Part shown: positions 1 to 10,201 of the stretch, in pieces | How positions within the stretch are numbered: position 1 is the stretch's first letter | Layout of the letters: the number at the start of each line of letters is the position of its first letter | From: Acidobacteriota bacterium | GTDB taxonomy: Bacteria > Acidobacteriota > UBA6911 | Assembly: GCA_963664705.1 (NCBI GenBank) | Contig: OY761556.1 | Coordinates: 320,001 to 384,000, forward strand | Direction: 5' to 3' | Length of the DNA stretch: 64,000 bases | Position numbers and translations under genes: made by a program | Notes under the pieces: generated by a model | Seen by the model: the letters and a program-made list of their open reading frames with translations, nothing else | Databases searched by the model: none | Told to the model about the DNA's origin: nothing

Positions 1-4
1 TTCG

Positions 5-478
5 ATGCCGCACCTGAGAGGCATCGAAGCAATTCCCGAAATACGCCACGTCCGACCCGATGTTAAAGTCCTGATGCTTACCATGCACAATGAGGAGGAG
101 TATCTGTACCAGGCTATTTCCGCTGGCGCAGATGGCTATCTGCTGAAAGAGGATGCGGAGAAAGAGCTGTTTACCGCAATTGAGAATATCCAGGCAGGGA
201 AAATCTACATTTCCCCGGGATTGGCCGATCAATCCATGCAGAACTGGGCACGCCTGCGTCGCGGCGAGGACGATTTTCACATTGTCGAATCGCTGACGGT
301 ACGCCAGCGGGAGATACTGAAACTGATCGCTGAAGGCAAATCCAACAAGGAAATCGGCGATTTGCTCTGTATCAGCGTTCGAACGGTAGAACGCCACAGG
401 GCTAACATGATGAGCAAACTGAACATCCGCAAGACGGCCGAACTCGTTCAGTACGCTCTGCGCAAACACTACATCTAA
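5..478 (+). CDS. NarL/LuxR-family response regulator (5' end truncated by window edge)
   Basis: Receiver-domain tail (MP..G, VLMLTMH, GADGYLLK) plus LuxR HTH (LTVRQREILKLIAEGKSNKEIG..TVERHRANMMSKL). Confidence 0.93.
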   Translation: MPHLRGIEAIPEIRHVRPDVKVLMLTMHNEEEYLYQAISAGADGYLLKEDAEKELFTAIENIQAGKIYISPGLADQSMQNWARLRRGEDDFHIVESLTVRQREILKLIAEGKSNKEIGDLLCISVRTVERHRANMMSKLNIRKTAELVQYALRKHYI

Positions 479-743
479 AGATCCGGCATCCTGGTGCTCG
501 AGTCCGGCTCAATTCTGCCTTCGGCTCGGGCTTTGCTATTGATTCGATCAAATCGGATGTAGCCGGGTTATTCCCACACTGGTACAATCGCCCCTGGGAT
601 CGAGAAGCTATGCCGGCATCGCCGGAGCTCAGAATGTCTGGGAGAGATTTTGGCTGTTTCGTGTTTTCCCAGCCCTTTGGAATGCCCTGCGCGATGCGAA
701 GATTCTCTCAAACAGGAGCCGGTGAATGTCCGAATCAGACTGT

Positions 744-1730
744 ATGCAGAACAAGAACTTTGCCATCATCGGCGTGGGAGGATATATCGCGCCGAGACAT
801 TTGAAGGCGATCAAGGCTACTGGAAACCGCGTTGTTGCAGCCCTGGACAAGCATGACAGCGTCGGAATTATGGATAGCTATTTTCCGGAAGCCGAGTTCT
901 TTACCGAGTTCGAACGATTCGACCGGCACGTGGAGAAGCTGCGCAGAAGAGGGGGGGAGTCCAGGATTCACTACATCAGTATCTGCTCGCCGAACTATCT
1001 TCACGATGCACACATCCGTTTTGCGCTCCGCGTCAATGCCAACCCGATCTGCGAGAAACCGCTCGTCATCAATCCATGGAATGTGGAAGCCCTCGAGGAG
1101 CTCGAGCGGGATTACGGGAAAAAGATCTATTGTGTTTTGCAGTTGCGCCACCACCCAGCTCTGATCGGCCTGAGAGATCAGATCCAAAAAGAGGCGAGAT
1201 CCGAACGCCATGTAATCGACATGACATACATCACTTCGCGCGGGCGGTGGTACTTTACTTCCTGGAAGGGAGATTCCGAAAAATCGGGTGGTGTCGCAAC
1301 CAACATCGGAATTCACTTCTTTGACATGCTGATGTGGATTTTTGGAGATGTCCAGTATCATGAGTTGCACCATTCGGATCGGACACGGATGGCCGGTTTT
1401 CTGAGACTGGAGAAGGCTGATGTTCGCTGGTTCCTCTCGGTTAATCAGGCGGATTTGCCGATTCAAGCCGGGGCGAAGCCCACTTTCCGTTCCATTACCG
1501 TGGATGGCCATGAGGTCGAGTTTTCGGAAGGCTTCACTGATCTCCACACGCTGGTGTATCAGGATATCCTGTCGGGGGGAGGCTGCGGTATTCCTGAGGT
1601 CCGCCCATCGATAAACCTGGTCCACACATTACGCTTTTCATCGGCTCAGCGTGGTGACAATGATCGCCGGCATCCGCTGCTGTCTCAATTGCCCGGAATC
1701 CAGGATTCCCTGGCGCAGGCAGGGCATTAA
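744..1730 (+). CDS. wbpB: Gfo/Idh/MocA oxidoreductase, WbpB/WlbA-like UDP-GlcNAcA 3-dehydrogenase
   Basis: NFAIIGVGGYIAPRHLKAI, SICSPNYLHDAH, CEKP, SGGVATNIGIHFFDML and EFSEGFTDLH motifs; alternative start at 726. Confidence 0.88.
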   Translation: MQNKNFAIIGVGGYIAPRHLKAIKATGNRVVAALDKHDSVGIMDSYFPEAEFFTEFERFDRHVEKLRRRGGESRIHYISICSPNYLHDAHIRFALRVNANPICEKPLVINPWNVEALEELERDYGKKIYCVLQLRHHPALIGLRDQIQKEARSERHVIDMTYITSRGRWYFTSWKGDSEKSGGVATNIGIHFFDMLMWIFGDVQYHELHHSDRTRMAGFLRLEKADVRWFLSVNQADLPIQAGAKPTFRSITVDGHEVEFSEGFTDLHTLVYQDILSGGGCGIPEVRPSINLVHTLRFSSAQRGDNDRRHPLLSQLPGIQDSLAQAGH

Positions 1731-1775
1731 GCCGATCGTTGCCTGCTTTGGTGAAAATAAAACAGGAGAATACAA

Positions 1776-2447
1776 ATGCCTGAGTCTCGTGGTTCCTATT
1801 TTGCGCACTCCAGCAGCTATGTGGATGAAGGAGCTCTGATCGGGGATGGAACGAAGATATGGCACTTTTGTCATGTCAGTTCCGGGGCGCAGATAGGCAA
1901 AAACTGTGTTCTTGGACAGAACGTATTTGTCGCCGACGGCGTCGTACTTGGGAATAACTGCAAAATCCAGAACAACGTTTCGATCTATAGCGGAACGATT
2001 CTAGAGGATGATGTATTCCTGGGACCAAGTTGTGTTCTGACCAATGTAACAAACCCCAGGAGTCAGGTAATACGTCATAGTATCTACGAAAAAACTCTGA
2101 TACGGAGGGGCGTTTCGATCGGGGCCAATGCCACGATTGTGTGTGGCATCGAATTGGGCCGATATGCCTTTATTGCTGCGGGGGCGGTTGTATCTGCCAA
2201 TATGCCGGACTATGCCTTGGTGATGGGAGTGCCGGGTCGCCGCTGCGGGTGGATGAGCCGACATGGACATCGCTTGTCAGCGCCGGATGGGGAGGGAATC
2301 TTGACTTGCCCGGAGAGCGGATTCAAATACAGGGAAGTGCAGACAGGGGTACTTCGGTGTCTGGATCTCGATGAAGAGGCTCCGCTGCCGGCGGGTCTTG
2401 CCGTGGGTGCCAGGTCGTATGATGAATTCAAGAACACTCGCGAATAG
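1776..2447 (+). CDS. wbpD: WbpD/WlbB-like hexapeptide-repeat N-acetyltransferase
   Basis: IGDGTKIWHFCHV, CKIQNNVSIY, FLGPSCVLTNVTNPRS, C-terminal CPESG; follows wbpB with an AGGAG RBS. Confidence 0.88.
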   Translation: MPESRGSYFAHSSSYVDEGALIGDGTKIWHFCHVSSGAQIGKNCVLGQNVFVADGVVLGNNCKIQNNVSIYSGTILEDDVFLGPSCVLTNVTNPRSQVIRHSIYEKTLIRRGVSIGANATIVCGIELGRYAFIAAGAVVSANMPDYALVMGVPGRRCGWMSRHGHRLSAPDGEGILTCPESGFKYREVQTGVLRCLDLDEEAPLPAGLAVGARSYDEFKNTRE

Positions 2448-2587
2448 CGGCACGAGTGTTCTTGCACACAGACCATGGTCGAAGGCGAAGCCCTTCGGCT
2501 CTATGATTTTCAAGGCGGCAGCAAGCCGACGCGCTCCATGGACCCTTTCGGGCACGTTCCTACCAATAATTTACAGAGGGAAGAGAT

Positions 2588-3685
2588 TTAGCGTGTCGAC
2601 TTGCTCTTAGCCGCGGTTTTGGGCTGGGCTGCAAGCTCTTCGTCGACGATTTCCGATATCTCTTCTGCCGAACGGCTTCCGTACAGAAACCTTCCATTGA
2701 TGAACATCGCCGGTGTTCCTTCCACTCCAGCCGCGGAACCGGCGCGAACGTCTTCATTCACTTTGCCGCCGAATCGCTTAGAATCGAGGCAGGAATTGAA
2801 GGCGGTCATATTAAGGCCCAGCTGGTTCGCTTTACTCCGCAGATCCTCATCTCGCAGGCTGTTCTGATTCTGAAATAGCAGATCATGCATTTCCCAGAAG
2901 TGTCCCTGGGCATCCGCGCACAGAGAAGCTTCTGCGGCTCTTTGTGCATTGGCGTGGATGTTTGTCAGCGGGAACTGTCGGAAAACCAGGTGAATCTTAT
3001 CGCCATATTCCTTGGTAACCTCTTTTACGGCCGCGCTGAATCGCTTGCAATATGGGCACTGGAAATCGGAAAAGACGACAAGGAGAACGGGCGCTGACGC
3101 CGGACCAAGGGATGGGCGGTCTGCCGCATTGACATCAAAGCGGAGCGGCTGAATCATGCGGACCACTTTATGTTCCTTTTCCAGTCTGCCCAAAAGCGCT
3201 TCTCGCAGATCGCCCTCTCTCTGCTGCCTGAGATATTTTTTGATCTGCGGGATAGATTCCTCTTTTGATTTTGTGATTCGCTGCTTGTTCTGCTCGTAAA
3301 AGTTCTCTATTTCCTCAGCGGTTGGTTCCGTAATCTTTTGCTGGATCTCTTTTGCCAAAAGCTCGTCTTTTGAAATGTGTTGTTTTTCCGCTTCGGCCTT
3401 CAGGAGCTTTTCCTCAATGATGCTGTTTACGGCTTCTTCCAGGATCTCGTGCTCACTTCGAGCCGCAATGGCTTTTGTCCGCAGGTTTTGCAGTTCGAGC
3501 GAGTCCAGTTTTTCGGCGCCTTCCGCTCTTGCCTGTGTTTCGGTAATGGCGATGCCGTCGATTGTCGCCAATTGCCTGCTGACCGGGGGCTTCGGCTCTT
3601 TTGTTTTAAGCGGTTTTTCGGAACAAATGGCCGACATGCCGGATACAACGCACAACACGGCGAAGACGCGGATAAGAAATTTCAT
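2588..3685 (-). CDS. Exported DsbA-family thiol-disulfide oxidoreductase with SurA-like N-terminal region
   Basis: Signal peptide; VFSDFQCPYC active site; GVEGTPAMFINGR cis-Pro motif. Confidence 0.88.
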   Translation of the reverse strand: MKFLIRVFAVLCVVSGMSAICSEKPLKTKEPKPPVSRQLATIDGIAITETQARAEGAEKLDSLELQNLRTKAIAARSEHEILEEAVNSIIEEKLLKAEAEKQHISKDELLAKEIQQKITEPTAEEIENFYEQNKQRITKSKEESIPQIKKYLRQQREGDLREALLGRLEKEHKVVRMIQPLRFDVNAADRPSLGPASAPVLLVVFSDFQCPYCKRFSAAVKEVTKEYGDKIHLVFRQFPLTNIHANAQRAAEASLCADAQGHFWEMHDLLFQNQNSLRDEDLRSKANQLGLNMTAFNSCLDSKRFGGKVNEDVRAGSAAGVEGTPAMFINGRFLYGSRSAEEISEIVDEELAAQPKTAAKSKSTR

Positions 3686-3862
3686 TGGTTACCTCTTGGT
3701 TTCATGTTTCTTTCAGTTACTCGATTCCTGCGAGCGGCTCTGAATCGGAAGTCAACGGGCGTCAACCCTGATCCAGCTGAAATTATGGTCCAAGAAGGAC
3801 CGTTACGCCACCCGATTTATTCCCGAAATGACCACCGGGGATACTCCGGGCAAACTTCGCGT

Positions 3863-5305
3863 CTATGAGTTGAGCTCAAAAGCCAGGTAGATTCTTTTTC
3901 CATTCCTCTCGATCATGAACAAAATGGTGCTGTCTTCTTTCATCCGGTTCAGGACGGAGGTCAGATCGGATGCCCCATTCAAAGGAATATGGTTGATGGC
4001 ACAGATGATGTCGCCGGGTATAACGCCGGCTACATCTGCAAGACTCCCCGGAGTTACCTCGAGAACGAGAACGCCCCTGGATGTTACCAGATGCATGGTC
4101 GCCTGAATCTCGGGCGTAACGGTTTCAATTGTCAGGCCAACCCCTCCACGCTCTCTTGCTTGTGGCGAACGGAAGATGCCGGCGATGGCCGATGGCCTTT
4201 CTCCAACGAGTACATTGGTCGAAAATTCGCTGCCATCGCGGAACACTTGAAGGAGAGCGGTAATGCCGATTGGCGCATTGGCCACGGCCGCTGCAAGAGC
4301 ATGTGCCGTCGGCACACGCTGATGATTGAACTCAACGATTATATCCCCTGACCGGATTCCTGATCTTTCGGCGGGGCCTCCAGGCAATACATCGGATACC
4401 AGGGCCCCGGAGCGGATGGGCAATCCGAAGCTCCTGGCTATCTCAGGCGTGACTTCCTGAATCTGCGTGCCGATCCAACCGCGTGTCACCGCCCCCGTTT
4501 TCAAAAGCTGCTCGTATACTTTCCAGGCAGTAGCGGCCGGGATGGCAAACCCAATTCCATTGATTCCTCTGCCCGGGTTGGCTGAGGAGGTGGTGACGCC
4601 AACCACCTTGCCCTGCAGATTCACGAGCGGTCCGCCGCTGTTGCCTGCGTCGATGATGGCATCGGTCTGCAGAAAATCGTTCAGATGGTCGGATCCACCG
4701 GTCCGGCCTTTAGCGCTGATAATTCCGGCGGTCATGGATTGATCCAGGCCAAACGGGCTGCCAAAAGCTGCTACCCAGTCGCCGACTGCAATCGTGTCTG
4801 AGTTCTCCATCTTGAGAGCAGGCAGATCATGGGTCCTGGCTTTGAGAACCGCAAGATCCGTTTTGGGATCGGTCCCAATAATGACGGCCTCCACACTTCT
4901 ATGATCGCTCAGTCTTACGATGATTTTGGCGGCATCATCAACGATATGGCTGTTTGTAAGTATGTATCCACCGGAATCTATGATAAATCCCGACCCGAGA
5001 TTTTTTTGCAATTCCGGTTCGAATTCAAGAGGGCTCAACAGGGAATGCCCTCGAAACAGCTCGCCAAAGAGATTGCTGGGGTTTTGCTTTGTCGCCGTTA
5101 CAGCGGTGATATTGACAACAGAAGGTTCTACGCGAGTTGCGAGCACGGAGAAGTCGGGGCTTGGTTCGTAGCTGGCAGTCTTTGCATGAGCTTCATGTGT
5201 AGCCGCGCGCGATCTCCAGTGGGTTGAGGCCACATAGCCCAGGAATCCTGTCGCCACCAGCAGCATCATGACGAATCCGAGTGCAAATCCTCTGCGGATA
5301 TTCAT
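3863..5305 (-). CDS. HtrA/DegQ (Do-family) serine protease, paralogue 2
   Basis: LGSGFII, TNSH, TDLAV, GNSGGPL catalytic triad and two PDZ domains; start placed at MNIRRG (ORF track starts at 5332). Confidence 0.92.
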   Translation of the reverse strand: MNIRRGFALGFVMMLLVATGFLGYVASTHWRSRAATHEAHAKTASYEPSPDFSVLATRVEPSVVNITAVTATKQNPSNLFGELFRGHSLLSPLEFEPELQKNLGSGFIIDSGGYILTNSHIVDDAAKIIVRLSDHRSVEAVIIGTDPKTDLAVLKARTHDLPALKMENSDTIAVGDWVAAFGSPFGLDQSMTAGIISAKGRTGGSDHLNDFLQTDAIIDAGNSGGPLVNLQGKVVGVTTSSANPGRGINGIGFAIPAATAWKVYEQLLKTGAVTRGWIGTQIQEVTPEIARSFGLPIRSGALVSDVLPGGPAERSGIRSGDIIVEFNHQRVPTAHALAAAVANAPIGITALLQVFRDGSEFSTNVLVGERPSAIAGIFRSPQARERGGVGLTIETVTPEIQATMHLVTSRGVLVLEVTPGSLADVAGVIPGDIICAINHIPLNGASDLTSVLNRMKEDSTILFMIERNGKRIYLAFELNS

Positions 5306-5333
5306 CTGATCCCGCCTTTCAAACCAACACAAA

Positions 5334-5382
5334 GCGCGAGCGGATGATCGGCATATCCAGAGTGCCGATCATCCGCTCGTGC
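5334..5382 (-). terminator. Strong hairpin between the two htrA genes
   Basis: CGAGCGGATGATCGGCA (5337-5353) / TGCCGATCATCCGCTCG (5363-5379) perfect 17-bp inverted repeat; only a weak U-tract. Confidence 0.6.
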
Positions 5383-5398
5383 GATAACCCAGGAGCGA

Positions 5399-6913
5399 TT
5401 AGGACAGGTCGAATGCCAGGTAAATCGTCTGCCCTTGCCGAACCACACTTAACAGCACGGTGTTTCCGTTCTTTAGATTCCGAGTCATTGACTGCAAATC
5501 GGAAACGTTGGTGATTGGCTTGTGGTTGACTCCACGGATTACATCGCCTCTCTGCACGCCTCCATCGTCCGCAGGACTGCCGGATTGAACATCCGTTACC
5601 AGCGCGCCAGTAGTAGACGTGAGATTCAGTTGCTCGGCGAGATCATGGTTGAGGTTCTCAACCGTCACCCCCAGTTTGATCCCTTCCGTTTTGTCCGCGT
5701 CGGAAGACTCGGAACGGCCCGCCGCCCGATCCGCTGGTTTCTCTCCGACCGACACTTCCATCATCCTTGTCCCGCCATCGCGGAACACCTTGAGTTTTGC
5801 CGGTATTCCAATTTTGCTTTCCGCTACGGCAAGCGACAGATCTCTCGGGTTCTTGGTTTCCTTCCCATTGTAATCGAGGATGATGTCTTCCGGACGCAGA
5901 CCGGCCTTTGCTGCCGGGCTGTTGGGTTCCACTTGAGAGATAAGAACGCCATCTGTTGTTTTCATCCCAAAGCTCTTGGCGAGTTCAGGCGTCATTTCCT
6001 GAATCCCGACTCCGAGCCATCCGCGCGTGACCTTTCCGGATTCGACCAGTTGTTGATACACGTTGTCGGCCATGGTGGATGGAATTGCAAGACCCACGCC
6101 CTGGAATCCGCCGCTTTGGCTGAGAATCATGGTGTTGATGCCAACGACTTCTCCATTGAGATTGACCAGCGGTCCCCCGCTGTTTCCGGGATTAATGGCC
6201 GCATCGGTTTGAAGGAAATTGTCGTAGTTGCCTGAGCCGATGTAGCGTCCCTTGGCGCTGATAATCCCGGCCGTCATCGTCTGTTCGAGCCCGAATGGAC
6301 TGCCGAAGGCCAGTACCCACTCGCCTACCTTCACCTGATCTGCACTGGCCAGTTTCACCGCAGACAGATTTGATTCGTTGACTTTGATGACCGCAAGATC
6401 CGTTTGGGGATCCGTGCCCACCACCGTTCCGGGAATTTCACGTCCATCCTGCAGCTTCACGCGAATCTTGGTCGCGTCCTTGACTACATGGTCATTGGTC
6501 AGGATGTAACCACGCGGATCGACCACGAACCCGGAGCCCAGGCTTCGTTGCTTGAGATTTTTGGGTTGGTTAAAAAAGAAGCCGAATGGGCTGTTCTCTC
6601 CAAACAAGCCGCCAAAATCCTCCGGCATTCCGGTATTGCGAACGATCTGTTCGGTACTGATGTTGACAACCGAGGGTTCCACAATCCGGGCAACCCTCTC
6701 GAATGCGGTGCTGAGATTGTCACTGGGCGCTGCGGCGGCTGCAGCGCTATTGGTATTGGCCGGGGCAGGACTGCCTGCTTCGCGGGCTCCAACAAAGCCC
6801 AGCGCGCCGGCCAGGATCAGCATGAGCAATCCCGAACCGAGTGCCAATCCATGCCTGAATCCCAACTTCCTCAGTTTCTTTTCGGATTCCATTGATTTCA
6901 TTTCCAAAGCCAT
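5399..6913 (-). CDS. degP: HtrA/DegP (Do-family) serine protease, paralogue 1
   Basis: LGSGFVV, TNDHVV, TDLAV, QTDAAINPGNSGGPL, two PDZ domains, N-terminal membrane anchor. Confidence 0.93.
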   Translation of the reverse strand: MALEMKSMESEKKLRKLGFRHGLALGSGLLMLILAGALGFVGAREAGSPAPANTNSAAAAAAPSDNLSTAFERVARIVEPSVVNISTEQIVRNTGMPEDFGGLFGENSPFGFFFNQPKNLKQRSLGSGFVVDPRGYILTNDHVVKDATKIRVKLQDGREIPGTVVGTDPQTDLAVIKVNESNLSAVKLASADQVKVGEWVLAFGSPFGLEQTMTAGIISAKGRYIGSGNYDNFLQTDAAINPGNSGGPLVNLNGEVVGINTMILSQSGGFQGVGLAIPSTMADNVYQQLVESGKVTRGWLGVGIQEMTPELAKSFGMKTTDGVLISQVEPNSPAAKAGLRPEDIILDYNGKETKNPRDLSLAVAESKIGIPAKLKVFRDGGTRMMEVSVGEKPADRAAGRSESSDADKTEGIKLGVTVENLNHDLAEQLNLTSTTGALVTDVQSGSPADDGGVQRGDVIRGVNHKPITNVSDLQSMTRNLKNGNTVLLSVVRQGQTIYLAFDLS

Positions 6914-6985
6914 ATGTTCCTCCGCTTTGCTTCTGTTTTGCCGTTCCGGGCTCCTGTCGTCACGGCCAAATCCGTGCTGAATGAC

Positions 6986-7002
6986 TGCACATCGCGTGCC
7001 AA
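6986..7002 (-). promoter_or_regulatory. sigma54 (-24/-12) promoter of the degP operon
   Basis: Minus strand reads TTGGCACG-CGAT-GTGCA, matching TGGCACG-N4-TTGCA, about 70 bp upstream of the degP start and next to a sigma54 activator gene. Confidence 0.78.
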
Positions 7003-7098
7003 ATCTGCTTTGATGGATGAAAGTGAGGCTAAGCTGCTGTGTCAGCTAGGGATAAGCTGCCAGCGTTCAGCGGTGGGGCTGCGATCTATTCAAGGGGA

Positions 7099-7140
7099 AA
7101 CTGTGGCATTTTTGCGAAGAGAAACAATTCTGCCACAGTT
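7099..7140. promoter_or_regulatory. Putative upstream activator site for the adjacent NtrC-like regulator
   Basis: Perfect inverted repeat AACTGTGGCA-N22-TGCCACAGTT about 100-140 bp upstream of the sigma54 promoter. Confidence 0.6.
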
Positions 7141-7225
7141 GAGCGGCAAAGGCACTTTGCCTGGATTGTGATTTTCCTGGATTGTGATCTGAAAGAGTGC
7201 TGCGAATCGTGTCGCCGTGATTGGT

Positions 7226-8566
7226 CTATTTAGTTTCCAGACGGCGGTACAGCGTTCGCCGGTCTATTCCCAGTACCTCCGCCGTCCTGGAGATATTGCC
7301 ATCCAATGCCTGCAGCACCTCTTGGATATATCGATCCTCCATCTGATCCAGCGTAAGCCACTGTTTTTCTCCCGGTGGCTTGCGTTGGCGTATTTCCTGA
7401 ATCTCGACGGGAAGGTCTTCGATATCAAAGACACCGGATGTATTCAGCGCAACCGCGCGTTCGACGACGTTTTCAAGCTGCCGAACATTGCCTGGCCAGT
7501 GGTAACCCTCCAGACATGCAAGCACACTGGGATTCACGGCCAGCCTCTTTCCGGTCCGTGAGGAGTATTTTCGGAGGAAGAAATCAAACAGCAGCGGTAA
7601 ATCAGAAATCCTTTCGCGCAGCGGGGGCAATTCAACCGTTACGACCTTCAATCGGTAATAGAGGTCCTCGCGAAATGCTCCTTCCGTCACTTTTTCGGTG
7701 AGGTCGCGATGGGTCGCTGCAATGATCCGGACATCTACCTGGGATGGAGTGCTGCTTCCAACCGGCAGGATCTCTCCCGATTCCAGCACGCGCAAAAGCT
7801 TGGACTGCATGCCGGCGCTGGTATCTCCAATCTCATCAAGAAAGATTGTGCCGTGGTCTGCGGCCTCGAATATTCCACGCTTTGATCCGCTCGCACCGGT
7901 AAATGCCCCGCGGACATACCCGAACAATTCACTTTCAAGCAGGGTTTCCGTGATGGCGGCGCAGTTGACTGTCTGGAAGGGTCGGTTTTTCCTTTGCCCA
8001 AGCCGGTGTATGGATCTTGCTACCAGTTCTTTTCCCGTGCCGCTCTCTCCCTGGACTAAAACGGTCGCATCGTTTGAAGCCACTTTGGCAATAGTCTTGA
8101 ACACTTCCACCATCTTGGGATGAGATCCGATAATCTCACCTTGGATATCCCGGCTTTGGACTTTTTCCCGGAGATCGCGGTTTTCGCGAAGCAGTCTGGA
8201 TTGATGCATGGACTGCTGGACTTTCAACCGCATCTGATCCAGTCGAAACGGCTTGGAGATATAATCATGCGCACCGGCTGCAATGGCATCGACGACCGTA
8301 TCCATGGAAGCAAAGCCCGTCATAATGATGACCACCGTCTCCGGATGCGAATTCTTAAACGCACGGACGACGCGCAACCCGTCCACATCGGGCATCCGGA
8401 GGTCGGTGATCACCACATCGAACTCATTCTGTTCATTCAGCCGCAAGGCTTCTTCTCCCGAGCCCGCAAGGGTTACCTGGTAGCCTTCGCGGGTCATCGC
8501 CTCGCCAAGTGAAGTAAGAGAGGCTGCATCATCGTCAACGATGAGTATCCTTCCTGTATTATTCAC
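7226..8566 (-). CDS. sigma54-dependent response regulator (NtrC/ZraR/AtoC family)
   Basis: Receiver domain, GESGTGKE, GAFTGA, FLDEIG, WPGNVRQL, Fis-type HTH. Confidence 0.95.
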   Translation of the reverse strand: MNNTGRILIVDDDAASLTSLGEAMTREGYQVTLAGSGEEALRLNEQNEFDVVITDLRMPDVDGLRVVRAFKNSHPETVVIIMTGFASMDTVVDAIAAGAHDYISKPFRLDQMRLKVQQSMHQSRLLRENRDLREKVQSRDIQGEIIGSHPKMVEVFKTIAKVASNDATVLVQGESGTGKELVARSIHRLGQRKNRPFQTVNCAAITETLLESELFGYVRGAFTGASGSKRGIFEAADHGTIFLDEIGDTSAGMQSKLLRVLESGEILPVGSSTPSQVDVRIIAATHRDLTEKVTEGAFREDLYYRLKVVTVELPPLRERISDLPLLFDFFLRKYSSRTGKRLAVNPSVLACLEGYHWPGNVRQLENVVERAVALNTSGVFDIEDLPVEIQEIRQRKPPGEKQWLTLDQMEDRYIQEVLQALDGNISRTAEVLGIDRRTLYRRLETK

Positions 8567-8569
8567 GAT

Positions 8570-10201
8570 TCATCCTCTTTCATCCGGAGATCCCGCTGCC
8601 GGGTGAGTGTTCGGAGCGGCCACACGGAAACGGATTGTAAATGTTGTCCCTTCACCCGGAGCGCTGTGGAGCTCAATCGTGCCCTGATGCTGGCGAATAA
8701 TCTTCGCGGCAATACTCAAACCGAGTCCGGTGCCCCGGTGAATATCTTTGGTGGTGAAGAACGGCTCAAAGATATGGGACTGCTTTTCGGGCGCGATTCC
8801 GGTTCCGTTGTCTTTTACGGATGCGACGACAAAATCGCCATCCGCATTTGCCTGGCAGGAGGTTTCAACCAGAACGGTCCCGCCATTCGGCATGGCATCG
8901 CATGCGTTGTTGAGGAGGTTGAGAAAAACCTGCTGAAGCTGCTGTGGATTGGCCTCAATTTCGGGCAAATCGGGGCTGAAACGGGTTTCCACCTTTATCC
9001 GCTGCCGTTCCAGGTGTTGTTCCAGGAATAGCAGCAGTTGCTGCAGAATCCGGTTTAACTGGGCCGGTGTTCGAGACTGCATCGAAGCCCTTGTTTCCGA
9101 AAGCAATTCTTCGACAAAGCTGGTGATGCGGGTGACCTGGTCCTGCATCAATTTCAACCGGCGCCGCGTGTCTTCTGAAACGCTGCTATCCTCGGACATG
9201 AGTTCGAGGTGCGTGGAAATGGCGCTCAACGGCGACCCTATTTCATGTGCGAATGTAGCGGCCATTTGCCCGGCAACGGCAGCACGTTCGGCACGCGTCA
9301 AACGCCGCTGCGCATCCAGCAGATCCTCATTTACCTGGCGAAGCATGCTGTTGGATTCCGAGACTTCCTGTGTCGCTTCCCGTACCCGTTCGCGCAGCTG
9401 ATCATTGAAGGTTTGCTGCTCCTCGATCAACCGGTCTCTCTGATGCGATGCCTGCTCAATCTTCTCCATCATTTCATTGTAACGGAGTGCAATCGTACCT
9501 ATTTCATCCTGATGATCGACCGGCGCGCGGATCTGCAGATTTCCCAGGCTTGCCTCATTCATGGCGGCAATCAGACGCTCGAAACGTCGGATCAGTATGC
9601 GGGTGAACAGAAAGTGCAGCAGGATGAGCGTCAGGAGAATCGACCCGGGAACCAGGTAATAGGCAATACGATTGTGGATCGTCCCTACAAGCTCGGATTG
9701 ACGAAGACTGGCGGTCAGGGTGACGCAGCTTGGAGTTTTGCTCGAGTCGGTAAATGGAACGATTACCTTCAGGAATCGCTCTTTGTCCTGGAACACCGGA
9801 ACGATGCGCATTCGGGAATCATGCATTGCTGCGGCTTCATCCACGGGAATGGGAATGGATGGCGAACTGGAGGTGGTAACAAAGCGAGCGGCGCCTCCCG
9901 AGGCAAGATGATAAATGTCGATTCGGGAGACGTAAGATTTCGTCTCCACGATTCCGCGCAGCCAGTTTTGAACGGTGGCGGGTTCGGACGGCGCATCTCT
10001 CCGGGAAAGGTCTTCCGCTACCTGCGATGCCGTGGTAATGGCATTTTCCTCGATTTCGGAATCGAGCAGCCGGATAGAGACTCGGGAATCGAGGTAGCTC
10101 ACCAGCAGGACCGTCAATACGATCGTCGTGACAATAAACAGATGCAGCCGGAATGAAATCGACCGCATCCAGAAATACCTTCTCAACCATCCGGGATTCA
10201 T
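8570..10201 (-). CDS. Membrane sensor histidine kinase with HAMP domain
   Basis: Two TM helices, HAMP (DEIGTIA), AHEIGSPL H-box, N box, DNGTGI, PFFTTK, GTGLGL. Confidence 0.95.
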   Translation of the reverse strand: MNPGWLRRYFWMRSISFRLHLFIVTTIVLTVLLVSYLDSRVSIRLLDSEIEENAITTASQVAEDLSRRDAPSEPATVQNWLRGIVETKSYVSRIDIYHLASGGAARFVTTSSSPSIPIPVDEAAAMHDSRMRIVPVFQDKERFLKVIVPFTDSSKTPSCVTLTASLRQSELVGTIHNRIAYYLVPGSILLTLILLHFLFTRILIRRFERLIAAMNEASLGNLQIRAPVDHQDEIGTIALRYNEMMEKIEQASHQRDRLIEEQQTFNDQLRERVREATQEVSESNSMLRQVNEDLLDAQRRLTRAERAAVAGQMAATFAHEIGSPLSAISTHLELMSEDSSVSEDTRRRLKLMQDQVTRITSFVEELLSETRASMQSRTPAQLNRILQQLLLFLEQHLERQRIKVETRFSPDLPEIEANPQQLQQVFLNLLNNACDAMPNGGTVLVETSCQANADGDFVVASVKDNGTGIAPEKQSHIFEPFFTTKDIHRGTGLGLSIAAKIIRQHQGTIELHSAPGEGTTFTIRFRVAAPNTHPAAGSPDERG

